Assembly (NCBI GenBank): GCA_965227775.1
Contig: OZ245777.1
Location: forward strand, 128,001 to 192,000
Origin: Phycisphaerales bacterium
GTDB lineage: Bacteria > Planctomycetota > Phycisphaerae > Phycisphaerales > UBA1924
DNA: 64,000 nucleotides
Direction of reading: 5' to 3'
Every line of letters starts with the position of its first letter. The first letter of the stretch is position 1. Made by a program: the position numbers and the translations under genes. The notes under the pieces are model-generated. The model searched no databases and was not told where the DNA came from. It saw nothing but the letters and a program-made list of their open reading frames with translations. Of this stretch, positions 30,138 through 40,406 are shown in pieces.

Positions 30138-30276
30138 GGCAACGAGTGGCTTCCCTGTTCGGTCCTTGTGGGGAGTTGGGGGGAATCGCCGTCGCGTGCC
30201 GATACTGGGTGCGCCCGCGTGTACGATGACCCGTCGGCCGGGAATGACTCGGCCCTCCAGGCAGGTTTGGACAGGT

Positions 30277-30831
30277 ATGGACGAGCTCATCGACTGGCAG
30301 CGGATGCGGACACTGGCGCCCTTTTCGCCCGAGGCGTTCCGCTTCGTGCAAGAGGGCCTGCAGCACACCCTCGAGAAGGTCCGCGGTGACGCGTCCGACG
30401 AGACAACCGCCGACTCGACTATTGAGATGAGCGAAGCCCAGAGCGAAGAGGACCTCGACCTCGCGCTGTTGGGCGAGATCGCGGGTATCGACCCCAGCGA
30501 CCTGGACGAGATCGCCCAGACACAGAGCCGTCACGTAAGCGGGCAGGAGCTGTGCTTTGGCCTCCGATCGCTCGCGGTCGAGAAGTACGGCCTGTTAGCA
30601 CGCACAGTGCTCCGCGGATGGGGTGTGCGAAGCACCGAGGACTTCGGCAAGATCGTGTACGCGATGGTCGACACCGGCCTGCTCCGCACGAGCGACAACG
30701 ATTCCCTGGACGATTTCCGCGGCGTGTACGAATTCGAGGAGGCCTTCGATGGCCCGCTCGAGCGTGGCATGCGCGGTCCGAGTGCGACGGCGGCAGACGG
30801 CGCCGGCGAAGAGGCGGGCGGAGTTGGCTAA
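30277..30831 (+). CDS. Minf_1886-like PVC-superphylum conserved protein
   Basis: EAFRFVQEGL, RHVSGQELC, YGLLARTVL..WGV.STEDFG.IVY.MV, DSLDDF. Confidence 0.8.
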   Translation: MDELIDWQRMRTLAPFSPEAFRFVQEGLQHTLEKVRGDASDETTADSTIEMSEAQSEEDLDLALLGEIAGIDPSDLDEIAQTQSRHVSGQELCFGLRSLAVEKYGLLARTVLRGWGVRSTEDFGKIVYAMVDTGLLRTSDNDSLDDFRGVYEFEEAFDGPLERGMRGPSATAADGAGEEAGGVG

Positions 30832-32338
30832 GCGTCCCGCCGCACCACAGTCGGGCGACGGGGACGCCGCGCCGGAAGAGCCGGCGCAGCCAGCTGATAA
30901 AAATTCTCTCAAGGGCCAGCCCTGGTACGCCAGGCATCTGTGGCAGATCCAGCCGATCCGCGACATCCTGCTGTTTGCAGCGGTGTTCGGCGTGCTCTAC
31001 CTGGGTTACGTGCTGCGAACGGTGACGGTGCCGCTGCTGCTGGCATTGCTGCTGGCGTATCTGCTCGAGCCCGTGGTGCAGCGGCTCGAACGGTCGAAGC
31101 ACTTCACGCGGCAAGGGGCGGTATCGGGCATCCTGTTCGCAGTCGTGCTGTTCGTGGCTGTGCCGGCGGCGCTGGCGACGGCGTTCGCTGTTGTGCAGGG
31201 TGTCGGCTTTGCGAAGACGCTCGGGACCAACGCCGATCACATCATGACGGTCACCGACTATGTGAAGCAGCACGAGACCGACGCTCGGCCCATCTTCACG
31301 AAGGGCGAAGACGGATCGAAGGGCACGTTACTCTTCTATGAGGTTGTGCCGCAAAACGAGGCCCTGGCAGACCCGGACCCGCAAGCGGCCGACGTCGAAC
31401 CGTCCGAGGCGCCGCGGGGGCCGTTGATCCAATCGCAAGAAGCCCGGAAAGCGTCGAACGCATTCCTGGCGCTTCCCGAGGTGATCAAACCGGTCGTGTA
31501 CGAGTACACGAGGCGGACGGTGGAGACTCTCGACGACGATGGCGGAGCGGGCGGCGCGACCGACGCGCTGGCCCAGCTACTCGACTGGACCCTTGGCATC
31601 GTGCGCGGAAACGCGGCGCGCATGACCGATGCGGCGGTGCAGGGTGGACGCATGACGTTGGCAACGGGGCTGGCAACGGTCACGTCGATCGGCATGCTGC
31701 TGTTTGGCTTGTTCCTGACCGGCTTCTTCTTCTTCTTCCTCTCTACCGGCTACGCCCACGTACGCGGCTTTGGCTACGAGGTCTTGCCCCACCGCTACCG
31801 CGACCAGATCGTCGATCTGCTGCAGCAGATGGATCGGGTGGTCGCAGGATTCGTGCGCGGGCGCATCACGATCGCGATCATCCAGAGCGTGATCTTCACG
31901 ATCGCGTACTGGCTCATTGGCGTGCCGGCCCCGCTCATCTTCGGCCCACTCGTCGGCATCCTGAGCATCGTGCCGTACGTCGCGCTGCTGGGCATCCCGA
32001 TGACGATCGTCGCACTGGCGATCGATAACAGCGGGTGGTTCGGCTTCCAGCAGACGTGGTGGTGGACGCTGGCGGCACCTGTGGCGATCTACTTTGCCGG
32101 CCAGGCGGTGGACGATTACCTGCTCACGCCAGCCATCCAGGGCAAGGCCACGAACATGGACACGCCCACGATCTTGTTCGCCTCGCTGGCCGGCGGCATC
32201 CTGGCCGGCGTCTACGGCCTGCTGCTTGCGATCCCCGTCGCCGCGTGCGTCAAGATCCTGCTGCGAGAGGTGTTCTGGCCTCGTTTTAACGCGTGGCTCC
32301 GGGGCGAGGAGAAGGATTTCTTGCCGCTCAAGCGGTAG
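30824..32338 (+). CDS. AI-2E family (PerM/YdiK-like) transporter
   Basis: PLLLALLLAYLLEPVV, GFVRGR, SIVPYV, TPAIQG, GVYGLLLAIPVAA; start approximate. Confidence 0.85.
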   Translation: MAKRPAAPQSGDGDAAPEEPAQPADKNSLKGQPWYARHLWQIQPIRDILLFAAVFGVLYLGYVLRTVTVPLLLALLLAYLLEPVVQRLERSKHFTRQGAVSGILFAVVLFVAVPAALATAFAVVQGVGFAKTLGTNADHIMTVTDYVKQHETDARPIFTKGEDGSKGTLLFYEVVPQNEALADPDPQAADVEPSEAPRGPLIQSQEARKASNAFLALPEVIKPVVYEYTRRTVETLDDDGGAGGATDALAQLLDWTLGIVRGNAARMTDAAVQGGRMTLATGLATVTSIGMLLFGLFLTGFFFFFLSTGYAHVRGFGYEVLPHRYRDQIVDLLQQMDRVVAGFVRGRITIAIIQSVIFTIAYWLIGVPAPLIFGPLVGILSIVPYVALLGIPMTIVALAIDNSGWFGFQQTWWWTLAAPVAIYFAGQAVDDYLLTPAIQGKATNMDTPTILFASLAGGILAGVYGLLLAIPVAACVKILLREVFWPRFNAWLRGEEKDFLPLKR

Positions 32339-32402
32339 GGTTGGCCGATGTCTCTAAGCGCATCGGCGTTCGACAATCCGTCTCTAATTCGGGGGTAGCA
32401 AC

Positions 32403-32735
32403 ATGAGCCAGGTTCCGCCAACCCAGCAGGGTCCCGCTGCCGCGGATCCGAGCGCGGTCCGCACCGCGATCCTCGTTTCGGCGATCTTCAACATCATCTC
32501 GGCGGTGAGCTGGGCCTTCACCTGCGTGGGCATCGTGCTCAGCGTGCCGCTGGTGATCCTGGCGGTTTTCGAGATCATGCACTTCAACGCGCTCGGAAAG
32601 CCGCCTTATGGCCCCAAGCGCGGCCGGGCCCAGTTGCTTGGCATCCTGGAGATCTGCACGATCCTCGCGGGGAACCTCGTGTCGATGATCTGCGGCATCA
32701 TTGTGCTGGCGATGCTCGATAAAGTGCGCGACTAG
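32403..32735 (+). CDS. Small hypothetical membrane protein
   Basis: 110 aa, several hydrophobic helices. Confidence 0.65.
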   Translation: MSQVPPTQQGPAAADPSAVRTAILVSAIFNIISAVSWAFTCVGIVLSVPLVILAVFEIMHFNALGKPPYGPKRGRAQLLGILEICTILAGNLVSMICGIIVLAMLDKVRD

Positions 32736-33328
32736 GTACGCGGCTCACGGCGACGCCGGGCGAACACCAGAAGCCCGCCCAGTACGGCAATCGATGCCGG
32801 TGCGGGGATGACGCGAATGGTTGCCTCCCCTTCGACCACGTTGCCGAGATAGCTAACTGTCTCAAGTGACTCGGGCATGAAGTAGACGTCGAACTCTGTT
32901 GTGCGCGTCGTTAGATCAACGTTGAAGCCCGATGCGACGAACGCAGGCGCCGTATACGTTGCTTGCCAGAACGCTATCGGGTTATCGCGGAGCGGGCATC
33001 TCGGCGCAGTCGCACACAAGTTGACTTGCCACGCGAAGATGCCATCGACGCCCGTCACTGATGCCTCGCCAGCGGACGTAGCCACGAAGTCCATCGGCGG
33101 GATGAGTTCAAAGCCGGACCACCCCTCGGAGCCGACGCTGGTCCAGAGATTCGTCTTGGTGCGCGCGAACGCAAACTCGTGCTCGGGCCATGCCGCCCAG
33201 AGCGTGACAGTCGTGCTCTGACCGGGCAGCAGCGTGTCGCCTTCGATATCGATGAGGATGGCCGAACCGGGCGTCTGGGCGAACACCGGCGCGGTTAGTG
33301 CGAGCAGGAAGATGGCTGCGGTTCGCAT
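32732..33328 (-). CDS. Secreted protein with PEP-CTERM-like (IPAP) sorting tail
   Basis: Signal peptide; C-terminal VIPAPASIAVLGGLLVFARRRR. Confidence 0.8.
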   Translation of the reverse strand: MRTAAIFLLALTAPVFAQTPGSAILIDIEGDTLLPGQSTTVTLWAAWPEHEFAFARTKTNLWTSVGSEGWSGFELIPPMDFVATSAGEASVTGVDGIFAWQVNLCATAPRCPLRDNPIAFWQATYTAPAFVASGFNVDLTTRTTEFDVYFMPESLETVSYLGNVVEGEATIRVIPAPASIAVLGGLLVFARRRREPRT

Positions 33329-33340
33329 TGGTTTCTTCTC

Positions 33341-33922
33341 TCACCTGCGACGACGGCGGGCAACCGCGAGGCCGGCCAGCACGATCGCGCTCGCTGGAGC
33401 GGGGATGACTCGGATGGTGGCGTTGCCCTCGGTGAGCACGTCCATCAGGCTCTGTGTCTCGGCCGAAGCGAACTCGATGTAGACCTCGAACATGCTGGTC
33501 TGTGTCGTCAGATTGATGTCAAAGGGCTCAGCGATGTCGGAGGGCGCGGTGTACGTGCCCTGCCAGAACAGGATGGGGTTTGGATCTGGCGGGACGCCGG
33601 TCGAGGGAAAGTTGAGCTTGCCTGCAAGAACTCCTTCGATGCCAAGGGGCGTGAGCGCTCCGGCAGATGTGCCCGGCCCATCCATAGGGGCAATCAGTCT
33701 CAGGTCGCTCCAGCCATCACTGCCGGTGGAGATGAGCAGGTCCGTGCCGACGCAACACATGGCGAAGCCCTCGTTCCAGAGTGCGGCCATCGTGACCGTC
33801 GTGCTCTGGCCGGGCAGCAGCGTGTCGTTGTCGATGTCGAAGACGATCTCGGCGCTGCTGGTCTGGGCCAGGGCCGGGGTAGTGGCGGCAAGCAGCAGGA
33901 CGTAGGCAGTCGTACGGCGCAT
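33341..33922 (-). CDS. Secreted protein with PEP-CTERM-like (IPAP) sorting tail; paralog of adjacent gene
   Basis: SD GAGGAG; signal peptide; TLLPGQSTTVT, NPILFWQGTYTAP, VIPAPASAIVLAGLAVARRRRR. Confidence 0.82.
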   Translation of the reverse strand: MRRTTAYVLLLAATTPALAQTSSAEIVFDIDNDTLLPGQSTTVTMAALWNEGFAMCCVGTDLLISTGSDGWSDLRLIAPMDGPGTSAGALTPLGIEGVLAGKLNFPSTGVPPDPNPILFWQGTYTAPSDIAEPFDINLTTQTSMFEVYIEFASAETQSLMDVLTEGNATIRVIPAPASAIVLAGLAVARRRRR

Positions 33923-34036
33923 GGGGCTCTCCTCGCTTGGGTAGAAGGTACCTGAAAGCGAGGGGCGATGCAAGGGGTTTTTGTGTGGGCCGTCGCCCCG
34001 CCCACGCGGGAGATCCAAGGCCCTGGTTTTGCTCGG

Positions 34037-35545
34037 CTACCTGCGCTTCTTGCGCTGCTTGAAGCCCTTGGGCTTGCCGCCCTTAGTGCCCTTCTTTCGC
34101 GCGATGCTGGGCATCATTGAAGCGGCCGCGGCGGCGTCGCTCCCGCCGGCGGCGCCCTGGGCCATGTGGGTCATGGTGCTCATCTTGCTTCGGGCGCTCA
34201 TGTCGCCCATGCCCTTGGTGAGCTGGTTGATGGTGTTGAACTGCTTGACCAGCTTGCCGACGGTTTGCTGATCGACGCCCGCCCCCTTCGCGATGCGCCG
34301 CTTGCGGCTGTTGTCGATGAGCTTGGGCTTCTTGCGCTCCTGCTCGGTCATCGACTGGATCTGGGCCTCGACCCTGTCGAGTTCCTTGTCGTCGATGTTG
34401 ATGTCCTTGAGCGAGGCGCCCACGCCGGGGAGCATGCCGAGTACCTGCTTCATGGGCCCGAGCTTGCGGATGGTCTTGAGCTGCTTCAAGAAGTCGTCCA
34501 TGCCAAGCTCGCCGCGCATCATCTTGTTCTGCAGCTTCTCGGCTTCCTCCTCGGTAACCTCCTGCTGGGCCTTCTCGACGAGCGAGACCACATCGCCCAT
34601 GCCCAGGATGCGGCCCGCGAAACGCTCGGGGTGGAAGGGCTCGAGCGCGTTCAATCCCTCACCCGTGCCCACGAAGCGGACGGGCGCGCCCGTGACTTCG
34701 CGCACGCTCAGGGCCGCACCACCGCGGGTGTCGCTGTCGAACTTGGTGAGGATCACGCCGTCGATGCCGAGCTGCTCGTGGAAGGCCTTGGCGCTGCGCA
34801 CCGCGTCCTGGCCTGTCATGCTGTCGACGACGAGGAAGATGTAGTGCGGGTTGCACGCGGCCTTGACCTTCTTGAGCTCGCCCATGAGGTCGTCGTTGAC
34901 GTGCAGGCGGCCCGCGGTGTCGAGGATGGCCACATCGCTGGCGTTGGCGCGTGCCTGCTTAAGCCCTCGCTTGCAGACGTCGACGGCCACACCCACGCGC
35001 TCGCCATAAGCCCCGATCTGGTCGAGCTCGCCGTGGAAATTGACGGGGGCGCTGCCGGGCATCGAGCCCGCCTGCGCAGCGACTGTCTCCAGCTGCTCGA
35101 CGGCGGCGGGACGCTGGAGGTCGGCGGCGACAAGAGTGGAAGACAGGTCCTTCTTGCGGAGCCACGCGGCGATCTTGCCGCAGGTGGTCGTCTTGCCGCT
35201 GCCCTGCAGGCCGCACATCATGATGACCGTGGGACCGGGCGACACGGTGTGGATGCCCGGGTCGCTGGCCTTGCCCGGCTCGCCGCCCAGGAGCTCGACC
35301 AGGCGGTCGTGGACGATCTTGATCATCTCTTCGCCGGGCTTGACGCTCTCGGTGACCTTCTGGCCCAGGGCGTCCTGCACGACCTCGCTGGTGAACTTTT
35401 CGACGACCTCGAGCGCGACGTCGGCCTCGAGCAGGCTCTCGCGGACTTGGGCCATCGCGTCGCGGACGTTCTTCTCGGAGATTGACCCCTGGCCGGAGAG
35501 GTTGCGGAGCGCGGACTGGAAGCCTTCTGTGAGTCGTTCGAGCAT
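34037..35545 (-). CDS. ffh: Signal recognition particle protein Ffh
   Basis: LLEADV, GLQGSGKTTT, DTAGR, TKFDSDTRGGAALS, RILGMGD, Met-rich M domain, SRKRRIAKGAG. Confidence 0.97.
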   Translation of the reverse strand: MLERLTEGFQSALRNLSGQGSISEKNVRDAMAQVRESLLEADVALEVVEKFTSEVVQDALGQKVTESVKPGEEMIKIVHDRLVELLGGEPGKASDPGIHTVSPGPTVIMMCGLQGSGKTTTCGKIAAWLRKKDLSSTLVAADLQRPAAVEQLETVAAQAGSMPGSAPVNFHGELDQIGAYGERVGVAVDVCKRGLKQARANASDVAILDTAGRLHVNDDLMGELKKVKAACNPHYIFLVVDSMTGQDAVRSAKAFHEQLGIDGVILTKFDSDTRGGAALSVREVTGAPVRFVGTGEGLNALEPFHPERFAGRILGMGDVVSLVEKAQQEVTEEEAEKLQNKMMRGELGMDDFLKQLKTIRKLGPMKQVLGMLPGVGASLKDINIDDKELDRVEAQIQSMTEQERKKPKLIDNSRKRRIAKGAGVDQQTVGKLVKQFNTINQLTKGMGDMSARSKMSTMTHMAQGAAGGSDAAAAASMMPSIARKKGTKGGKPKGFKQRKKRR

Positions 35546-35654
35546 GTCTGTCCTTCGGGCGGCCTTTCGAGAATCCCGGGTCGGCGAGCGATACAGCGGG
35601 CGGTGGAGATTGTAGAGGGTACCGGCGGGTGCGCTTGTCCTACCGTTTGCCCGG

Positions 35655-37358
35655 ATGGATACCGCGCCAACGCCTGCCGACGCCTCCGAACGCACCGTCC
35701 GCCCCGCGCCACAGCGCCCGCTGCGCCTGGCCGCCATCGACGTGGGCACAAACTCGATCCGCCTGCTCATCGCCGAGCGCGACGACGAGGGCGGCTACCG
35801 CGTGCTGGACGAGGAGAAGGTCAGCCCGCGCCTGGGCCACGGCATGGCCGAGACGGGCCTGATCGCCCCGGACCGAATGGAGGAGGCCATCGACGCGGTA
35901 GAGCGGATGAAGCAGATCGCACTGGGCTACGGCGTGGCTGAGGTCCGAGTGATCGCGACCAGTGCCGTCCGCGAGGCCAGCAACGGGCACGAGTTCGTCA
36001 ACGGCGTGCAGCGGCTGAGCAACCTGCGGACCGAGGTCATCGGTCACGAGGACGAGGGCCGCTTGGCGCACAAGAGCGTGGCGGCGGCGTTCGACGTCAC
36101 CAATCTGCCCTTCGCGGTCGCCGACATCGGCGGCGGCTCGACCGAGGTCGTCTTCAGCCGCGGCGGCGCCGTCGAAAAGGTCGTCGGACTCAAGCTCGGC
36201 GCGGTGCGCGTGTCGGACATGTTTGGCGGGGCGGGCGCCAGCGAGCCCAAGGCCTTCGACGAGATGCGCCAGTACCTCAAGGGAGCCATCGAAGCCGCCA
36301 TCGGCAAGATGCCGCTCAAGCCCAAGGTGCTGTTCGGCACCGGCGGTACGTACGGTGCGCTCGCGTCGATCCAGATGGCTAAGGACGGCGTGAGCGCCGA
36401 CAGCGTGCAGGGACACCGCCTGGCCCGTGAACAGGTGACCAAGACGCTGACGAAACTCCGGAGCGCGCTCGAGAAGGGCGAATCGGTCGCGGGGCTGAAC
36501 AAGGACCGCTACGACATCATCCTGCCCGGTGCGGCCATCGTCGAGGCGCTCATGAAGACGCTGAAGGTCGACGAGCTGGTCGTGCACGACCGCGGCATCC
36601 GCGACGGGCTCATGCTCTCGATGCTCGAGGGGCACACCGCGGCCACGCGTGGACGCGGCGCGCCACCGACCGCAACGCCTACGCGCATCTCGCTGGGAAG
36701 CCGGGCCGAGAGCGTCCGCCGCTTCGCTCGCAAGTGCCGCTACCACGAGGCGCATAGCGAGCACGTCACGCAGCTGGCACTCGAGATCTTCGACGAGCTG
36801 CAGCAACAGTTGCCGGCCATCGCTAAAGAACTGGGCAAGAAGCACCCCAGCCACCCGCTCGCGCTCGACCACGAAACGGCCATGGACGACGATGGAAGGG
36901 CCGTGCTCGAGGCCGCCGGCGTGCTGCACGACATCGGCTACCTGGTGAACCACAGCAAGCACCACAAGCACAGCTACTACATCATCGCCAACGGCGAGTT
37001 GGACGGGTTCACGCCAAGAGAGCGCGAGCTGATCGCCAACATCGCGCGCTACCACCGCCGAAGCCACCCCAAGAACAGCCACGAGCCCTACGCCGCGATG
37101 GACAACCACGACCGCAAGATCGTGCGTCGCCTCGCGGGCATCTTGCGCGTGGCCGATGGCCTCGACCGCACGCACACGCAGGTCGTCGAGCGTGTGGCGG
37201 TCACGATCGAGGCACGCGACGGCGCCGACCACCCCAACACCGCGACATTCACTATTGAGTCGCCCAGCGACGTGAGCACGGACGTCTGGGGCTCGCAGCG
37301 CAAGTCCGAGCTTTTTTGCTCTGTGTTCGGCCTGCGAACGGCGTTCGAGGTGGCGTAG
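35655..37358 (+). CDS. ppx: Ppx/GppA exopolyphosphatase with C-terminal HD-like domain
   Basis: AAIDVGTNSIRL, ATSAVREASN, DIGGGSTE, GIRDG, LHDIG...HHKHSY, ARYHR, LRVADGLD. Confidence 0.93.
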   Translation: MDTAPTPADASERTVRPAPQRPLRLAAIDVGTNSIRLLIAERDDEGGYRVLDEEKVSPRLGHGMAETGLIAPDRMEEAIDAVERMKQIALGYGVAEVRVIATSAVREASNGHEFVNGVQRLSNLRTEVIGHEDEGRLAHKSVAAAFDVTNLPFAVADIGGGSTEVVFSRGGAVEKVVGLKLGAVRVSDMFGGAGASEPKAFDEMRQYLKGAIEAAIGKMPLKPKVLFGTGGTYGALASIQMAKDGVSADSVQGHRLAREQVTKTLTKLRSALEKGESVAGLNKDRYDIILPGAAIVEALMKTLKVDELVVHDRGIRDGLMLSMLEGHTAATRGRGAPPTATPTRISLGSRAESVRRFARKCRYHEAHSEHVTQLALEIFDELQQQLPAIAKELGKKHPSHPLALDHETAMDDDGRAVLEAAGVLHDIGYLVNHSKHHKHSYYIIANGELDGFTPRERELIANIARYHRRSHPKNSHEPYAAMDNHDRKIVRRLAGILRVADGLDRTHTQVVERVAVTIEARDGADHPNTATFTIESPSDVSTDVWGSQRKSELFCSVFGLRTAFEVA

Positions 37359-38348
37359 GTGGCAGGCGACACGGCCCGCATGCGCGACGCGATGCTCGCG
37401 GCCGATCTCGCCATGCTGCCAGAAGCGGTGCGGCGATGGCGCCCCATGGACGACATCCGATCGGCGCGAGCCAAGTGGATCGACGAGCAGCTCGCTTGGT
37501 GCGACGACCGCAAGGTGGCGGTCAACCGCGCGACGAACTTCATGGTTGGCGCGCCGCGCGACTTCCTGAACGTCGTCATCGACGTGGCAGGAGCGCAAAC
37601 GTTGTGCGGCATCCGGCACTACGGGGGCGATGGGAATCGACCGTTCGTTGACCTGGTGGCTACGACCGATGCGGACGCGTGGATGGGTGATCGTCTTGGC
37701 CAGACCGCGAGCGCGGCGATGGCGGCGTATCCGGCGTTCGAGCCGCCGATGGTGCGGATTCCCGTCGCCGGCAGCACGCCCCCACCGCTGCCCGCCGGCT
37801 GGGTCGCCGAGGTCGACCAGGCCCTGGTCGGCGCAACCATCGACGAGATGCTCGAGCGAACGCCCGCGGCCGAGTTGCCGCTGGTCGTGCTGCGAGGCGC
37901 GACGGTCGACGACGCCATGGAGTTCGAGGCCGACAGCTACGACGCGTTCCAGGAACGCAACGCGGCCCTGCAACGGATCATCCGCCCGTCGGGCCGCGAC
38001 GAGATCGAGGCGTGCGCAGCGGATGGACGCGTGCTGCACTGGTTCCTGCAGGACGAGCCGGATACGCCCGCGGGCTTGCTGTGCGTCCAGCGGATCGACT
38101 TCCAGGCGATGGACGGGTACCTCGTGGTCGAGGAGTGTGTCGCCGGGTGGGCGGCCGGCCGGCGATCCGCGGCCGCCGCGCAGCGTGAGCTCGCCCGCTC
38201 GCTCGTCGCCGACGACGGGGCGAACGCCTCGCTCCCGATGTTCGGCACCATCATGGGCGAGAACGCGCCCAGCCTGGCCACCGCTCGTCGCGCCGGGCGC
38301 GAGACGATCGGCGCGGTCTGTTTCCTCCGGCACCGCAGCGCCCGCTGA
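37359..38348 (+). CDS. Hypothetical protein, C-terminal GNAT-like motif
   Basis: Starts immediately after the ppx stop; GTIMGENAPSLATARRAG resembles the GNAT N-x-x-S motif. Confidence 0.6.
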   Translation: MAGDTARMRDAMLAADLAMLPEAVRRWRPMDDIRSARAKWIDEQLAWCDDRKVAVNRATNFMVGAPRDFLNVVIDVAGAQTLCGIRHYGGDGNRPFVDLVATTDADAWMGDRLGQTASAAMAAYPAFEPPMVRIPVAGSTPPPLPAGWVAEVDQALVGATIDEMLERTPAAELPLVVLRGATVDDAMEFEADSYDAFQERNAALQRIIRPSGRDEIEACAADGRVLHWFLQDEPDTPAGLLCVQRIDFQAMDGYLVVEECVAGWAAGRRSAAAAQRELARSLVADDGANASLPMFGTIMGENAPSLATARRAGRETIGAVCFLRHRSAR

Positions 38349-38654
38349 GGGCGCGAGGCCAGAACCGCCAAATCTTCACAGTCGGGCTATTTCTGTTCTG
38401 TGGCGACTCGACCCCGGCTATCTCCGTCCGAGGCGGGATCTGCAATGAGATCGCCAACGCCATCGGGTATCTAGGTAGAAACTATGCCGTCATGAGGCCG
38501 TACACCCTTATGAGCCCGGGGCTTGCCCGAATCGTGGGGCTCGTGCGGGGGTGGGGATGGGCCCTTCTCCGAAATCGAAGCGGTCCGACGGCGGACCATC
38601 CGGGTCGGCTCTGAAGCAAGCCACCAGCCTCCCGGCACGCAAGGGAGGACCTTC

Positions 38655-40334
38655 ATGCGCGCCACTCGTCATTCGAGCCTTGGCACCACACGCAACCCCA
38701 GTCGCCGCACGGCCGGCACCGTGCTCGCCGTCGCGGCGCTGACCGCGCTGGGCAATACCGCGCTCGCCGATGACCTGCTGGTCCCCAGCCAGTACCCAAC
38801 CATCCAGGCCGCGCTCGACGCGGTCACCGCCGGCGACACGGTCGTGCTCGCGCCGGGCGTCTACTCGGGCGCGGGAAACGAGGCGTTGCAGATGCCCAGC
38901 GTCGCCTTCACGTTCCGCGGCGAGACTGGCGATCCGGCCGATGTCGTCATCGAGGGCCCGTCCGATCCGTACATCCGCGTTATCCACGCGATGGACTTCG
39001 GGGCGGGCGCTTCGGGCACAAGGCTCGAAGACCTGACGGTCACGGAGTTCAGCGGGGTCGACGGCGGCGCCATCCGCGTCAATGGTGCCGACCTCTGGTT
39101 CGACAACTGCGTCTTCTCCGGCAACACCGCCGGCAACATGGGCTGCTTCTCGAGCGGCTATGGCGGCGCGTTCTATACCACTGGTGGCGAGCTGCGGTTT
39201 ACCGACTGTGTGATCCGCAACAACTCTGCCTACGACGAAGTGTGCAGCGGCCACGGCGGCCGGGGAACGGGCGGCGGCATCTACGCGCGCGGCACCAGCC
39301 TCGTGTTCGAGCGGTGCCTGATCGAGAACAACCGCGCGGGCGGCTACAGCGGCGGCGACGGCGCGGCCATCGGCGCCACGTCGTCGACGGTGACCCTCAT
39401 CGACAGCACGGTCCGCGGCAATATCCTGGGCGGAACGGGCGGCGGCGGCGGCGTGTCGGCCAACCGCGTCGTCTCGATCAACACCGACTTCATCAACAAC
39501 CGCGCCTCGGGCGTTGAGGGCACGGGCCGGGGCGGCGCGATCACGGCTCAAGAAGTCACGATCATCGGGGGTAGCTTCGTCGGCAACATCGCCGGGAGCG
39601 ACTCGTACGGCTCACGCGGCGGCGCGATCAACGGCCGGATCGTCGACATCACCAACGCCGTGTTCACCGAGAACCGCCTTGCGTCCTACCCCGGCGAGCC
39701 CATGCAGGGCGCCGCGCTCTACGTGCAAGACGGTGGCACGCTGACCAACGTCACGTTCGCTGGCAACACGGGCGCCGTCGACGGTGAGGCGGTCTACGCC
39801 CTCCAGGGCGCCCTGGACCTGCGCAACTGCATCGTCGACAACGGCGACTGGCTGGGCGTGGACACGGCCACCGTCACCGCCACTTGGTCGTGCATCGTCG
39901 GCAGCTACCCGGGGGCGGGCAACATCGACGCCGACCCGATGCTCGACGCCGGGTACCGGCCCATGGCGGGCTCGCCGGTGATCGACGCAGGCAACACGAT
40001 GCTGCTGCCAACCGACGTGTTTGACATCGACGGCGATGGCGACGTGAGCGAGCCCATCCCCTTCGACGCCGCCGGCCTGGCGCGGGCGGTCGACGATCCG
40101 GCCACGCCCGATACGGGCGTCGGCTCGCCGGTGGTCGACATGGGCGCGTTCGAGGTGCAGAGCGTGTGCCGGGCCGACTTCGACGGCGACGGCGCGCTGA
40201 CGATCTTCGACTTCCTGGCGTTCCAGAACGCGTTCGATGCGGGCGACCTGGCGGCCGACTTCGACGGCGACGGCAGCCTGACGCTGTTCGACTTCCTGGC
40301 GTTCCAGAACGAGTTTGACGCGGCGTGTGCGTAA
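38655..40334 (+). CDS. Secreted right-handed beta-helix protein with GC-type dockerin anchor
   Basis: VPSQYPTIQAALD, repeated GGAI / F..N.A motifs, SPVIDAG, VDMGAFE, C-terminal paired DFDGDG.LT.FDFLAFQN. Confidence 0.9.
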   Translation: MRATRHSSLGTTRNPSRRTAGTVLAVAALTALGNTALADDLLVPSQYPTIQAALDAVTAGDTVVLAPGVYSGAGNEALQMPSVAFTFRGETGDPADVVIEGPSDPYIRVIHAMDFGAGASGTRLEDLTVTEFSGVDGGAIRVNGADLWFDNCVFSGNTAGNMGCFSSGYGGAFYTTGGELRFTDCVIRNNSAYDEVCSGHGGRGTGGGIYARGTSLVFERCLIENNRAGGYSGGDGAAIGATSSTVTLIDSTVRGNILGGTGGGGGVSANRVVSINTDFINNRASGVEGTGRGGAITAQEVTIIGGSFVGNIAGSDSYGSRGGAINGRIVDITNAVFTENRLASYPGEPMQGAALYVQDGGTLTNVTFAGNTGAVDGEAVYALQGALDLRNCIVDNGDWLGVDTATVTATWSCIVGSYPGAGNIDADPMLDAGYRPMAGSPVIDAGNTMLLPTDVFDIDGDGDVSEPIPFDAAGLARAVDDPATPDTGVGSPVVDMGAFEVQSVCRADFDGDGALTIFDFLAFQNAFDAGDLAADFDGDGSLTLFDFLAFQNEFDAACA

Positions 40335-40406
40335 GGCGCGCGTCGGGCGGGCGCCCACGGTTGACGCCTGCGCGGAGCCGTCGCGAGGACGCGACGACTG
40401 CGCTTC

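Noticed and set aside
35640..38333. 897-aa minus-strand ORF and many other long overlapping ORFs (e.g. 2281..3657, 10557..11927, 54980..56710)
   Set aside because: Antisense or shadow frames of well-supported genes, expected in high-GC DNA; no recognisable motifs.
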